NCBI GenBank assembly: GCA_021613535.1
Contig: CP075496.1
Location: 6,386,001 to 6,450,000, forward strand
Length of the DNA stretch: 64,000 nucleotides
Direction of reading: 5' to 3'
Source: Adineta vaga
Lineage: Eukaryota > Animalia > Rotifera
Part shown: positions 1-12,715 of the stretch, piece after piece
How the letters are laid out: the number at the start of each line of letters is the position of its first letter
Position numbering within the stretch: position 1 is the stretch's first letter
The notes under the pieces: model-generated
The model's input: the letters and a program-made list of their open reading frames with translations, nothing else
What the model was told of the DNA's origin: nothing
Database searches by the model: none
Translations under genes and position numbers: made by a program

Positions 1-151
1 AATATATATGACTAGAGACTAAATATAACTTATTTCTCTCAAACAAACCACTCAGAATGACTAATGTTTTCATTGCATGTTGTATTGAAACGTAAATGAT
101 ATCATGTATCACTGGTGTAACTGATTGCTTGAATAGAACGAACAGTTATTT

Positions 152-2843
152 CTATTTCAATGGTTCAATAAGAATCTAAAACAAATTAAGATTGAATGAA
201 ATAAATTCTTTTTCATTCTCTTTTTTTATTTAAATCCTATTTTCAAGATTTTATCATTTCTTATCATAGGAAAATTTGTAATTTTTTCGTAGTAACTTAA
301 TAAAAACTTTTTTTTATGATATCTTAAAGTTCCTTTCATGTTAAGTCATAAATTGGTTTATGAGTTTGTACGTACTAACAATCAATGATGACATAAAATA
401 AGTCACGTCTCTTTTAAAGACAACTCATGTATATCATACCTCATTAAGTATCACCCATGCGTCTGATTTAGAGTGTATTTTTAAGCGAATATTAGATATA
501 GCTCCAAATGCTTTATCAATCGATGCTTCAGCAATACCAGTATCATGTGCAAAACGTGCCACTGTATAAAATCCATCATTATCTTTCACATAGACTATAT
601 TATCTTTTGGTTGTACATAAGGTTGTAAATCAACGGTTGTATTGAAAAATTTATCTCCAGGATGTTCAGGATTACCCGATTTGAAATAAATTCTATAAAG
701 AAATGGAACTATTCTGTTTTCAATATCTAAATGATTTTTTTTCTTCTTCTATTACCTTAATAATGAGATTGGTGGATCATATTTAAAGAGAATTGTATCA
801 TCTTTTTTCGGTTGTAATGCCCAAAAGAAATTTTGTCCCGCATAACAACTTACTAATGTATGTTTATCATAGCTTTTCAAAGATGAAACAATAGATGAAA
901 CTGGTGGATTCTCATGTGCTTTGAATAATTTAACATTTTTACCAAAATCTTTATCTTTCAGTTTTTGTATTTTGCCTTTTAATGATGAATAAATTCCAAT
1001 ATGTTGAAATAGAGATGGACGAAAACGAAACCGATGTAAACCTTTTGTTCGTGTACATGATTGCACATCGACACCAAAAGAACAATATTTAGTATCTTGA
1101 TAACTAAAAATATGTATGATAATTAGATTCATGAGTACAAGAATATTTACTTACTATTCAAGTAACCAATCAATAGGTTTATCAGCAGAAAACATCAGGA
1201 AGAAATTAACGAGTGCATTAAGCTCTGCCGTATGAAACATTTTACCAATAAAACCTTGAAAAAGAATGAAGAAATGAATTATTTTAATTCCCAAATAAAT
1301 AAACAAAAGAAAATAACGTATTGAAATCATTTATTATTCCACATTCATTTTACTGTTAAATTATTAATCAAATATATGACTGGTCACTCTCGCATAAAAC
1401 TAACACATGATTAGTTTGTCAAGGACCCTTATATCAAGTAGAGAACATTATTAAGTGATGTAAAAGAAATCTTACTACTCAAATAAACTTATTGATGCAT
1501 ATTCTCTCGCTAAACAAGAACATTAATTAATGAACATCAATAGAAAAACCCATGTGAATAACATTTGAATATATTTGACGAGTCATATGAACAGCTCACG
1601 GACACAAAAAAAAAAAGAATGCAAATCTATTCTGGAAGAACATAATATCTTCTCTCATTGAATTATTTCTTTCGTGACTAAATATTATTGATTGTTTACC
1701 TTAATGTCATTCCAATTCCAATGTGATTTATTTACAATATTCTATCAATCGTAGCTCTAATTCAAATTTCGACATTTTTACAAACTCTATTGACGCTTTA
1801 TCTGTAAGTCAATAAGATTAATACTCGTAAGATAAAAAGAAAAGATTGTCAATTATAAATTACCTAAACTCGAAAATTCCAACATGAACCATTCCGGATC
1901 TTTTTGTTTTTTAATAAAGTTTTCAATAATTTGAATGTAACCTGGTTTGGTAACGACATCATCTTCTAATTGTATGTAATATTTTCCTCGAATGGATGAA
2001 TACATCATTAAATAAGTGAAATCATAATTTTGTTTTGTACGCCATTTAACTCGTTGTTTATCATCATTTAAACTTAATTTTAAATTATCAAAATCAGGAT
2101 AGAATTCTAATGGTGGACTTATTATTTCAATTAAACCACTTTCAATATATTTATTATAAAGTTTTTCAATTTGTTGTGCTGTTGTTCGAACATATTCAAT
2201 ATCAAATGGTTCGGCAATAAATATAACAATTAATAAACGTTCAATGTCATCGTTATTTAGATTATCCAGTAAAGATTTGATTGTTTCAATTAAATATGAT
2301 TGTTTGTCTCGTTTAACAGTTGGTATTCCAATGATAAATGAAACATTTGTATGTAAAGAATTTGTATTAGTTGTTTGACGACGAAATGCTGGAGATAACA
2401 TATCGTATTTTCCTTGAAGATGTTGTAAATAACTAAAACTAGGTGGTAAATGAAAACCATTTTTCAATAAATCAACACTATTATCATTGAATGTTTCATC
2501 GACTATTGTACTGTTGTGATTAATGAATGCAGATGAATTATTTGTACGACGATGGCAAGATTTCATAGTATTTAGAGAACGAATGAGACGAATATTTTGT
2601 TGTTTAATTGAAGATAATTCTTGTAAATGTTCATCATTGAGACGTGAAACATAATCAATACGATTTTGTAACGATTCGATTGTTTGTCGTGTTTGTTCTT
2701 CATAACGTTCTAGACAAGAAATCGAAATTAAATTGAATTGTAAAGAATACGATTATCTTACGTTTTTGTTCGAGGACTAAAATTAGTGCGATCAAAACAA
2801 CAATGGCTATCGCCACAACACCGTATCGCTGAGTCCATCTCAT
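152..2843 (-). CDS. MGAT4: Alpha-1,3-mannosyl-glycoprotein 4-beta-N-acetylglucosaminyltransferase (GnT-IV, GT54), multi-exon
   Basis: ATG at 2843 gives a type II anchor ([27 protein letters not shown]). GT54 motifs [41 protein letters not shown]|FIGKMF and [28 protein letters not shown] are present. The last exon reads ILIEPLK* (152-175). GT-AG introns include one of ~600 bp (~1255-1864). Confidence 0.93.
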
Positions 2844-3049
2844 ATGTGCTACATAGCACAGAAAAGAATCTTAAAGAACGAAAAGAAAAGAACTTAATAT
2901 AGTTTTTATCTTGCATCAATATTTGAAGAGAGTTGCAGCTAGAGCAATAAACATTTATCATATTAGGAATTGAAGGAGAAATAGTCATGATTTGTGCCGG
3001 CATTTGGAAATAAAAGAGAGGAACAAAAAAAAATGATTATATATCAACT

Positions 3050-3059
3050 TGCCACGTCA
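3050..3059 (-). promoter_or_regulatory. CREB3/CrebA-XBP1 (UPRE)-type element TGCCACGTCA (TGACGTGGCA on the minus strand) upstream of MGAT4
   Basis: Exact match to the TGACGTGG UPRE / TGCCACGT CrebA motif, ~210 bp upstream of the MGAT4 ATG. Confidence 0.45.
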
Positions 3060-4129
3060 AGCCACAAGTCGTTGAAAGTAAAAATAGAGAAGTCGTTAAA
3101 TATTGACATGTTATTGCGTCATTTGTTATTGAAGAGATATCGATAGAAAAGAAATATTATTACATTCGTTTTTGACATGCAATATTCAAAAGACCTAAGG
3201 GAAATTTCATCGCCATCCACCAAATTTTGTTTTAAGTTTAGTTGTTTGAGTTATTCTTATATACTCACGTCGTTTCGATACGAAACCTAACGAATATACC
3301 ATTTTTGCATATTAACAGCTAAGAAAATAATGAAACAGAAACCAAGAAAATTTTTTTTTATCGATTATAAAATAGAGAGAAAAGGATTATTATGCATAAT
3401 CCTGATCAGACAATGAAAATGAATGAATTTTTAAAAATATTCTGTCTAATTTCTATTTTTTTCAACTGATGTTTTGTGCAAGAAAATAAAAAATGGAAAA
3501 AAAATAAGATAATCGCTAAAAGCTTTTCTATTCTATTCTATTGTACAGATAACATAAATTAGATAATTTGATTGTTGTTGTTAGTTAGTCTTGACTCGCT
3601 TCTTATTGACATTAGTGAGATAGAGGTTACAATGGAATCAAACGGCTGTAGAGGGCGCACAAGATCGATAGGGATATTTGGACTGTCGAATTTCTCTCAG
3701 TTATTACATATAAAATAACAAATAATCCATTTAATTTGTATAATTCAAATATGTATGCAAATAATACAGCTTAATACTCGTATTCGTTGAAAATCATCAC
3801 GTCTCAAGAACACAAACTCAGACATATATGAGGATATTCTTTCTTTGAAACTTGATACGTAGAATCGTCAATATGATACTCCAATGTCATCACTTAGTAT
3901 GATATGTATTCAGCATATCTTCTGTTGTTAAATGCTTGAAAAATAGTCAAAAACATTGTAAACTCATTGATTATCAAATATGACAATGTGGTAGGTGTCC
4001 GAAAGCCCTCGATTTAAAACTTTTATTCACTTACTTTTCTTAAAAAAATGTATATAAGTTTTACAAGAGAAACTTTTATTCAATCATTAGAATCTATCGA
4101 ATTAATTTATTGGATTTGATTTGATAATG

Positions 4130-5523
4130 TTAAAGCCAATTCATCTTAGGGATAATAGCTTTCTCTTTGTAAAGATCGGCAAGTACTGTTTGAATACCTT
4201 TGACATTATTCATGATATCTTTTGTAGAAAAATATATATTGCCAAGTGCCAATCGATCACGCATTGAACGAGTTATATTAATTTGACGAGTGATTTCAGT
4301 TACTTGCCATTGATTCGCACCTTGAGCCATTTTATATGCAGCATTACCCGCATAGATATGACGACCTTTTGTTGATTGTTTTATCCACCAGTCAAGTAAG
4401 ACTGGATAGGATTGAGCTGGTGGATCAATTGCCCAATATAATTGTGGTGCCATATAATCAACTAAACCTTGTTCCAACCACATTTTACTATCACAATATA
4501 GACTATCGTAGGATGATAGTCCACTAATACCAGCTGGTACACCACTTTTCCAAATACCAAATGGTGAAACACCGAATTTTACTTTTGGACGAATAGCATG
4601 CATTCGTGTATACATTACTTGAATCAATGTATCTACGTTTGAACGACGCCAGTCAGCTTTATCCATAGTGCCACCTTGTGCTTGATATGCAGTATATGTA
4701 GCAGCATCGGGAAATTCAGTACCATCACTATAGGGATAGAAATAATCATCAATATGCATACCATCAACAGCATATCGTCGAACTATATCTTCCGTAACAT
4801 TGACTGTAAATTCTTGAACTTCAACAGAACCTGGATCCATCCATATATGATTAGCGTATGGATAGGCATACTGTGGAAATCGTTTACCCATATGATTAGA
4901 AGCTAGTTCGTAAGTAGCACCAGTCATTCGTGCACGATATGGATTGAGCCATGCATGTACTTCAATATTTCTTTTATGTGCTTCACTAATAATGAAAGCA
5001 AGTGGATCCCAAAATGGTGATGGTGCAACACCATGTGTACCAGTCAAATAGAAACTCCACGGTTCGAGTGTCGATGCATAAAGAGCATCGCCAGCAGGAC
5101 GAACCTATCGTATACAAATTAAAGAGATATATATTTAATCGTCAATTATTTCCGTGTTACTTGAAAAATGACAGCATTCATATTTAATCGTTGTACTGTA
5201 TTTAAAATTTTAATCAATTCAGATTGTTGTGTAGCAGCTGTAGCTGTTTTCGATGATGGCCAATCGATATTATTTACTGTGGCTATCCAAATAGCTCGAA
5301 ATTCTTCTTTAGGTTGTTTTACTGAAAAACAGCATTGAACATTAGTTGGTTTTGATTCACATAAACCTGACAGATACAATCCATGTGGACATTGACTTTG
5401 TATAATACATTCACCAAAACCATATTGAAGATGATTGTATGTATCACACGAGTCTCCTCTTACCTGAGAAGATAGAAAATTCAATATAAGACACAAACTA
5501 ACTGATATCAAAATTGCAACCAT
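4130..5523 (-). CDS. Secreted GHL10/DUF187 (YddW/DigH-like) glycoside hydrolase with N-terminal Cys-rich domain, copy 1; exons 5523-5161 and 5104-4130
   Basis: Signal peptide and 6-Cys module, then bacterial YddW-family motifs EFRAIWIATVNNIDWPS, FQ|VRPAGDALY, WDPLAFIISEAHKRNIEVHAWLNPYR, DGMHIDDYFYPY, WRRSNV, KFGVSPFGIW and DYMAPQLYW. One 56-bp GT-AG intron (5105-5160) joins the two ORFs in frame. Confidence 0.92.
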
Positions 5524-5991
5524 TTTTACAATGAAGAAAAATTTGAAAAAAAAATATGTTAAATATGTTACTCTTTACTTTATTGCGCTACCTTTATATC
5601 TAATGCAAGTAATACATACCTCTTTTTCAATCATGGCAAAAAAATAGAACGTTATTTTATTTTAAAGATTAGTTCTATCTTAATCCTTCTGTTTCTTCTA
5701 TAAAGTTACACTCAACACCTTGGTGTGCTGATATATCAATATTGCACTGAAAGAATCTGTAATAAGCACTATTGAAACACTAATTAATTGTTTGAAAATC
5801 CTTCTATGATTACAATGCTGATATAAGTTAATAAAATAAAAACGATGTTATTCGGTTTGAATAGATAAAACGAAAAATGATATTTCTTTTTAAGATGAAA
5901 TCACGAGTATGTGATCGTAAAAAGTCAAATAGAAAATATTTAATTTTTATTTGAAACATAACTACACTACCATGAAAAAATGTCATCCTTT

Positions 5992-7392
5992 CTATAACCA
6001 AGGCATTTTAGGAACATCCGCTTTTTGTTCATAGAGTATTGCAAGTGCATTTTGAATGCCTTTCACATTTCTCATAATTTCACTCAATGAAAAGAAAACG
6101 TTGCCAAGTGACAATCGATCACGCATGGAACGAGTTATATATATTTGTCGAATAATTTCATTCACTGGCCAGTCAGAAACTTCTGGTGACGTTCGATAAA
6201 GTGCATTACCAGGATAGACATGACGACCTATTGTTGATTGTTCTACCCAGTTTAGTAAAACTGGATAGGATTGAGCAGGCGGAACAATTTGCCAATATAA
6301 TTGTGGTGTCATATAATCAACTAAGCCCTGTTCCAACCACATTCGACTATCACAATATAGACTATCGTAGGATGATAGTCCACTAATACCAGCTGGTACA
6401 CCACTTTTCCAAATACCAAATGGTGAAACACCGAATTTTACTTTTGGACGAATAGCATGCATTCGTGTATACATTGCTTGAATCAATGTATTTACATTTG
6501 AACGACGCCAATCACTTTTGTTCAGATGACCACCCTGTTCTTGATAAGCGACATATGTGGCATTATCCGGAAACTCGGTACCATCACTATAGGGATAGAA
6601 ATAATCATCCATATGAATACCATCAACAGCATATCGTCGAACTATATCTTCGGTTACGTTAACAATGAATTCTTGAACTTCAGTTGCACCCGGATCCATC
6701 CAGATATTTTTGGCATACGGATAGGCATACTGTGGAAAACGTTTAGCCATATTCGTCGGTGCCAATTCATAGGTAGCGTCAGTCATTCGTGCACGATAAG
6801 GATTGAGCCATGCATGTACTTCAATATTTCTTTTATGTGCTTCACTAATAATGAAAGCAAGTGGATCCCAAAATGGTGATGGTGCAACACCTTGAGTACC
6901 AGTCAAATAGAAACTCCATGGTTCTAATGTAGATGAATAGAATGCATCTCCAGCAGGTCGAACCTATTGTTAGAATAAAATTGTTCATCAAATTTGACTA
7001 AGAATATATATTCAACGAAATATTACATGAAAAATAACAACATTCATGTTGAGAAGTTCGATAGTATTCAAAATATTAATCAATTCAGATTTTTGTTGTT
7101 CGGGTGAAGCTGTTTTCGATGATGGCCAGTCAATATTATCTACTGTAGCAATCCATACAGCTCGAAATTCTTCATTAGTTGTATTACGTAATGAAAAACA
7201 ACATTTTACATTGGAGTTATGCGATTCACATAAGCCGGATGTATACAATCCATTTGGGCATTGATTTTGATGAACACATTGACCAATACCATACTGTGGA
7301 TGTTTATAAGTATCACATGTATCTCCTGTAACTTGAAACGAGTGAAAACCGAGCGAAATACAGAGAATAATACCTAGTAAAATCGTCATCAT
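5992..7392 (-). CDS. Secreted GHL10/DUF187 (YddW/DigH-like) glycoside hydrolase with N-terminal Cys-rich domain, copy 2; exons 7392-7027 and 6963-5992
   Basis: Tandem paralog of copy 1 with the same motifs. The intron (6964-7026, 63 bp) is at the identical position (VIFH|VRPAGDAFY). Confidence 0.92.
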
Positions 7393-8026
7393 TGCCTATC
7401 TGAAAGGATGCACTGAGACAAGCTGACTTTTAAATCTTGTTCGATAACAGGTGTCCGCATTCTCACAACTATTTCATAAACAATGACTATTCAAATCTAT
7501 GTCGATAATAATCATATTTTAATATGGTAAAAATATGAAGATTGATTGTTTGCAAAGGAAATTCATTCAGACGTTCACATTTTGACTTCAAATCATTTTG
7601 CAATTGCTTATCCATAGTAATGACGCAAAAGTGTTTCTGATTCATTTATATCACAACATTCGTAAAAAAACTCACACATTCAACCATAATCCAAACGAAT
7701 AAAGAAGGAAAAAGCAAAATTTCTCAAAGCAAATAGACTCCATTGTTTAGTGTTATTTCTTTTTGTTCAATATTCCCAAATACATGCATAAGAAGAAAAG
7801 AAAAAAGACAGAAGAGAATATTATTTTTGTCTCTCACTCTCTTGCAATTTTTATCATTGACATTTACCTCAAAAGACGAAGAAGAAGAAGAAAAAAAAAG
7901 AAGAGGAAATTGCGTAAAGAAATGAAATAAAAAATAACCGACTAAATGTAAACGATGAAAGAAAGGATAAGAAGAATTTTATAAATAACAACACACACAC
8001 ACACACGTGCAAACATGTTGGATTAT

Positions 8027-11000
8027 TCATTTAATAATCTGTTCACGAATATATCGTAGAAATTCTATATAAGACATGGTTGATTCCGATTTATCATCGA
8101 CAAGATAACGTGTAAATAAATGTCGGTGTGATGAATCTTCTCTACAGATTAAAATGAGAATGATGATAATGGAAAAAGTATATTCTATTGAAGATATTTA
8201 CCTCATAATATGTATTGCTACACCATGTGGTCGACTCTGTATTAAATAAGAAAGAAAATTATGTATTTTCATTGATAAAGGATTTTCGAATTCAGGTAAT
8301 GAATACTAAAACAAAAAATCAATGAATGAGTTAGTTTGTCGAATAAGAATGCTTATTGTTTGATTATTTACTGAATCGAATGGCAGTGCAGAAAAGGTTT
8401 GAACATTGAAAACATTTTGAACAAAATGATCACTTATAGCTTTACCAATATAAATGTAAATATATTCACTTGCATCAAGGATATAAGCACCATGTGAATC
8501 AATATGTCGAAATGATAAATGAACACGTTGCGGAATATGCAGTTCATCTTCACCATCTTGAATAATTTGACTCTAAAAATAATTGATTAAATATATATAT
8601 TTTTAAATATTGATTATTTAATAAAAAATAGGGCTATAAAATTTCGAGTAATAGAATCGATGTGATTATATGCTGTTAAAAAATAATACTGATCTTTGTA
8701 TTTTTACAATACATGAACGTCTCTTTGAATATTTCTACTTGAATAATACCTTATCTTCAATTGTATGAATTGGATACAGATCTGGATAGAATATTTGTAA
8801 TAAATACTGTGTTGGTAACGTTTTACATAATTCTAAATAATACGCTCGATCATCAACTTTTGATATACTAGCAGCACGAAATGCCGTCTAAATATGAAAA
8901 AAATAGATATTTATATAGAAAAGAACGATTTTTTTAATTTTCAATCTTACCGATTTGATCATGCTTAACATATATAATGGTATTAGTCGTACAGGATACG
9001 GTACCATAAGTGAAAATGCTCGATTTGAACTGTATGCTAAAGATGCTTTCATAATATCACAAGCAACGTTAGACATTGCTTCACGTGCTTCCTGTATTGA
9101 CGACGTAGCCGATCGGTCAGCAGCTGAAATAAAGAAAGATCGATACATTTACATTTCCATTTGATTGGAATAAAATAATCCTTTTACCCATTTTTGCAAT
9201 TAATGAAGTAATAGCTTCTTGATCAGCATTGGAACTTATTTCTCTTAAATTTGAACTAACTGGCAATGAAAGTGTATGTACTCGAATACGTCTTTCACCT
9301 AAGAGAGTAAAACATAGTTTCAATAAATTTCGTTTGTTTCATTTACTTTTGCTCGATGTATAAAGAAGTGCTGCTTGAAATGTGACCGTTGTATAATTTG
9401 CTATATTATCTTCAATTGAAACTTGAATACCAAAGGCTGCATCAGGATTGATATTTGGTAAAACAAGTAAATCAACAGAACGAACAAAACCACTTCCATA
9501 AAATGTATTAATTGACAATGCTACAAAAAAACACAAGCAGAATGTTTGAGTATAAAATAAATTTAAATCACAAATTGTGATATTACCTGGTGGTGATCGT
9601 AAACGCATAACAGCTTCAAAACCAATTTTTCTTTGTAAATATCGTCTTAGATCATTTTCGAAGCGTTCAACTTCATGTGGTTTTTGTACAGAATGATAAC
9701 CTGGATAATATTTAATTTCACCACCTGAATATTTAGCAATACAACCTAAACAATCTCATTCGAATATAGTCTTTATTAAAAGAAAATCAACATACTTAAT
9801 GTTGCCAAATCGATATAATGACTATTTAAAAGAAATAAATCACAAGCAATTTGTAGTGATGCATAATCAAGTGAAAGTTTCTTGTAAAAATCCGATGTAG
9901 GAGCAATCGTTGTTGGTTCTTTACCAGCATTTCCGCCACTACCAACAGATTCACTTAAAGCTCCTGGATTTAAATTTGGTATTCTAGTTTGTATAACTGT
10001 TACACGACCACCCGTTTGTCCAAGTAATTTGCTTGCGATTTGTAAAGCTGATCCTAAGGCTGAGTCAGTTTCATGATTATCTTGATAGATTTTTGGTAAT
10101 TCATTAAGAAATGTTTCAATTATTGTACGATTGTCACATAATGTTACTAATAAACCATCAGGCATAGGAAGAAAATCTTCTGGTTTATTATCAAGATCTG
10201 GAACAATCATGACACGAAATGAACCATTTTGTCGATCAGATAGATCATAATAATGTAAACGACTATCATATGTTAAAAATCCAATTTGTGTTCGAGCATC
10301 ACCTGGTAAACTATTTAAATTTTCTAATAATATATCGCAGAATGATTGCAGATAACCTACAAAATAAAAACGAAGAAGGATTTATGTCAATCATAATATT
10401 CAATTCTGGTTATTTACCTGTTTGAATTGCATTATGTGATACATCAAGTAAGAATAAATACATTGCTGGTTGTGGTGGTCTTGCCATATAATCAGCTGTT
10501 GCAGTATATTCTACAGTACCAAATCGGACTTCTGGTCGTCGACTTGGATCGCCATAAGTTTTTGTTACAGGATCGAAAAGAAATTCTTGTGGTACTAGAA
10601 ATAAAGAAGACACTTTTGAAGAATAATATGCGTCTATTAACTTACAATCATTGACACGAAAACAGATACTACAACGCCATCGCGTATTATCAAGAAATGT
10701 AATAAATGGATTAATGTAACTTTTACATGAATCACATCGAACTATTTTGGAGCCTTGAATAACACTTAAACTCTAGAAGAATACAGAAACAATCTTATGA
10801 GGAGACAAAGAAGTACTATTTATTTACTTCGAGATCTTTGAAAGGATGTATGAGAATACCAAGTGGAAGACGACTTTTATTCAATAATTCTTTTGTCTGT
10901 GGGATCACATTCAAACTACATCGCATAACTCTATAAAATAGAAGGATTAATTTATATTTGATTTGAATATTATTATAATGACATACTCAGGATTGCAGTT

Positions 11001-12656
11001 CATTTGTTGATTTTCTTCAGTGAGTAATGGTGAAATAGGTGGTTCTTCAGCATAGGGACTAATCACATCCGTTTCTTTTAGAAGATCAACCATATCAGCA
11101 TTCTGCAAAAACAAAAAGAGGATGAAGACAATGTAAATTATTTTTGCAATAAATAGAGATAATTATTTCTTCTGTTCATTATCAAATATTAGTAATCGTT
11201 TCAGAACTTCAATTATTCTAAATTTCATTTTCAACGTTGTACTATTTATTAATACTTACGGAAGAAGGGCCACTGAAATTATTATTTTGTGAATTTATAG
11301 AATTAGATGCACTTCCACTAGTCGGATAAGATACCGGTTGTGGAATATGTGGTTGCTGGCCAAAATGCCCAGAAACTGCCGAATTTGAGTTCTGATTATA
11401 CTGTGAATAAGGATACGTAGAAGAAGAAGAAGGAGGAGGGGGAGGAGGAGGCAAAGACGACGTATGAGCATTTTGATTGACCGTTTGTGGAATGGGTTGA
11501 GCTGGTAGTTGTGATACTTGTGGATAATAGGCTGGTGACGGTGTTGGATACATTGGACGAATGGATGGTTGAGAAAGAGCTGTTGGATGTGTCTAAAACA
11601 AACAAGAAATAAAACGATAGTATTTAACGATATTTTACTAACAGAAGAAGAATTGTAGATGTTTGAAGATGACGATGATGATGGTGGTGGTGGTAGAGGA
11701 GGGGGTGGAGTCGAATTTTGATTCGCATTGAATGGAGTTTGTACTGATGGAATTGTATTAACACTTGCAGCATGACCATAGAATTGTGGTCGAGCTGGAT
11801 TTGCATTGGCGTTGTAGAAATTCGGTAATGGAGGTGTTGGATGTGAATTTATATTGTAAACATTCGTTAATGGTGGAGTTGCGTTCGCATGTGTGTTGTT
11901 AAACGGATGAAACGTTGCTGGTGACGATGAATTTGAATTCGGATTAGCTGTGAAGGCACTAGATGCTGATCCTATTGGATTGACATTTGCATTAAACATA
12001 TTCGGCTGTGATGGGATTGGATTCGCATAATTATTCAATGTATTTGGTACTGGTGGAGTTGCACTAGTATTTGTGGGATACATATGAGGTAAAGGTGGTG
12101 GTGTTGGATTTGCTTGTGAGCCAAATGTATTGAATGATGATGTTGCTGATGGTAGTGGTGGTGGAGTTGCATTATGATTAGCACTGAAAGCACTAGTTAA
12201 TGATGGAGTCAGATTTCCATTGATATTCGAAGTATTTGGTAGTGGTGATGTTGGATTCGACTGTGTAGGGGAAACAGTAGCTGATTGTGTTAGAAGTGGT
12301 GACGATATTGGATTGACGTTTCTATTGTGAGTATTTGGAATAGGTGGAGTTGGATTTGAATTTTCATTGAGACTATTTGGTGATGATGAAGATGTTGTGT
12401 TTGTTTTCAAATTGTTCGGATGTGTTGGAGGTTGTAGATTTGGTGGGAAGATTGGAGCATTTACTTGAGGAGAACGTGAAACAGAATTAGGTGGAAAAGA
12501 TGGAGGTCTAATACCATTTGCCGCAACATGAGATGTTGGTGGAAAAATCTGAAATATAAAAGAAATATGAATATAAATCTAAAGAAATGCACTACATACG
12601 GGATTAACCATTTTCTCTGGGAGTGAGGAGCCGTTTGACGGTTGTGTTGTTGTCAT
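8027..12656 (-). CDS. SEC24: COPII coat cargo adaptor Sec24 (SEC24A/B-like), multi-exon
   Basis: Pro-rich N-terminus. Zn finger CDSCKSYINPF...WRCSICFRVN. RRPEVRFGTVEY, PPQPAMYLFLLDVS, DSALGSAL, RKIGFEAVMRLR, FQAALLYTSSK|GERRIRVHTL. C-terminus SYIEFLRYIREQIIK* with the stop at 8027-8029. Confidence 0.95.
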
Positions 12657-12707
12657 TGAAGAGATATTTCGGATAAATCAGATCTAAAACAAAGATTGTT
12701 CGATAAA

Positions 12708-12715
12708 TGCCACGT
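12708..12715. promoter_or_regulatory. CREB3/CrebA-type element TGCCACGT upstream of SEC24
   Basis: Exact TGCCACGT ~50 bp upstream of the SEC24 ATG, with a TGACGT core nearby (~12741-12746). Confidence 0.45.

Noticed and set aside
1255-1864. Long MGAT4 intron as the host of a third nested gene or snoRNA
   Set aside because: No convincing ORF, C/D boxes or H/ACA structure recognised.
2758-3003. 81-aa ORF as the MGAT4 first exon
   Set aside because: Wrong frame. The ATG at 2843 in another frame gives the TM anchor and splices correctly.
4130-7392. Bacterial contamination as the explanation for the GHL10 genes
   Set aside because: They carry spliceosomal introns, host-like AT-rich codon usage and eukaryotic-type signal peptides, and are contiguous with metazoan genes.
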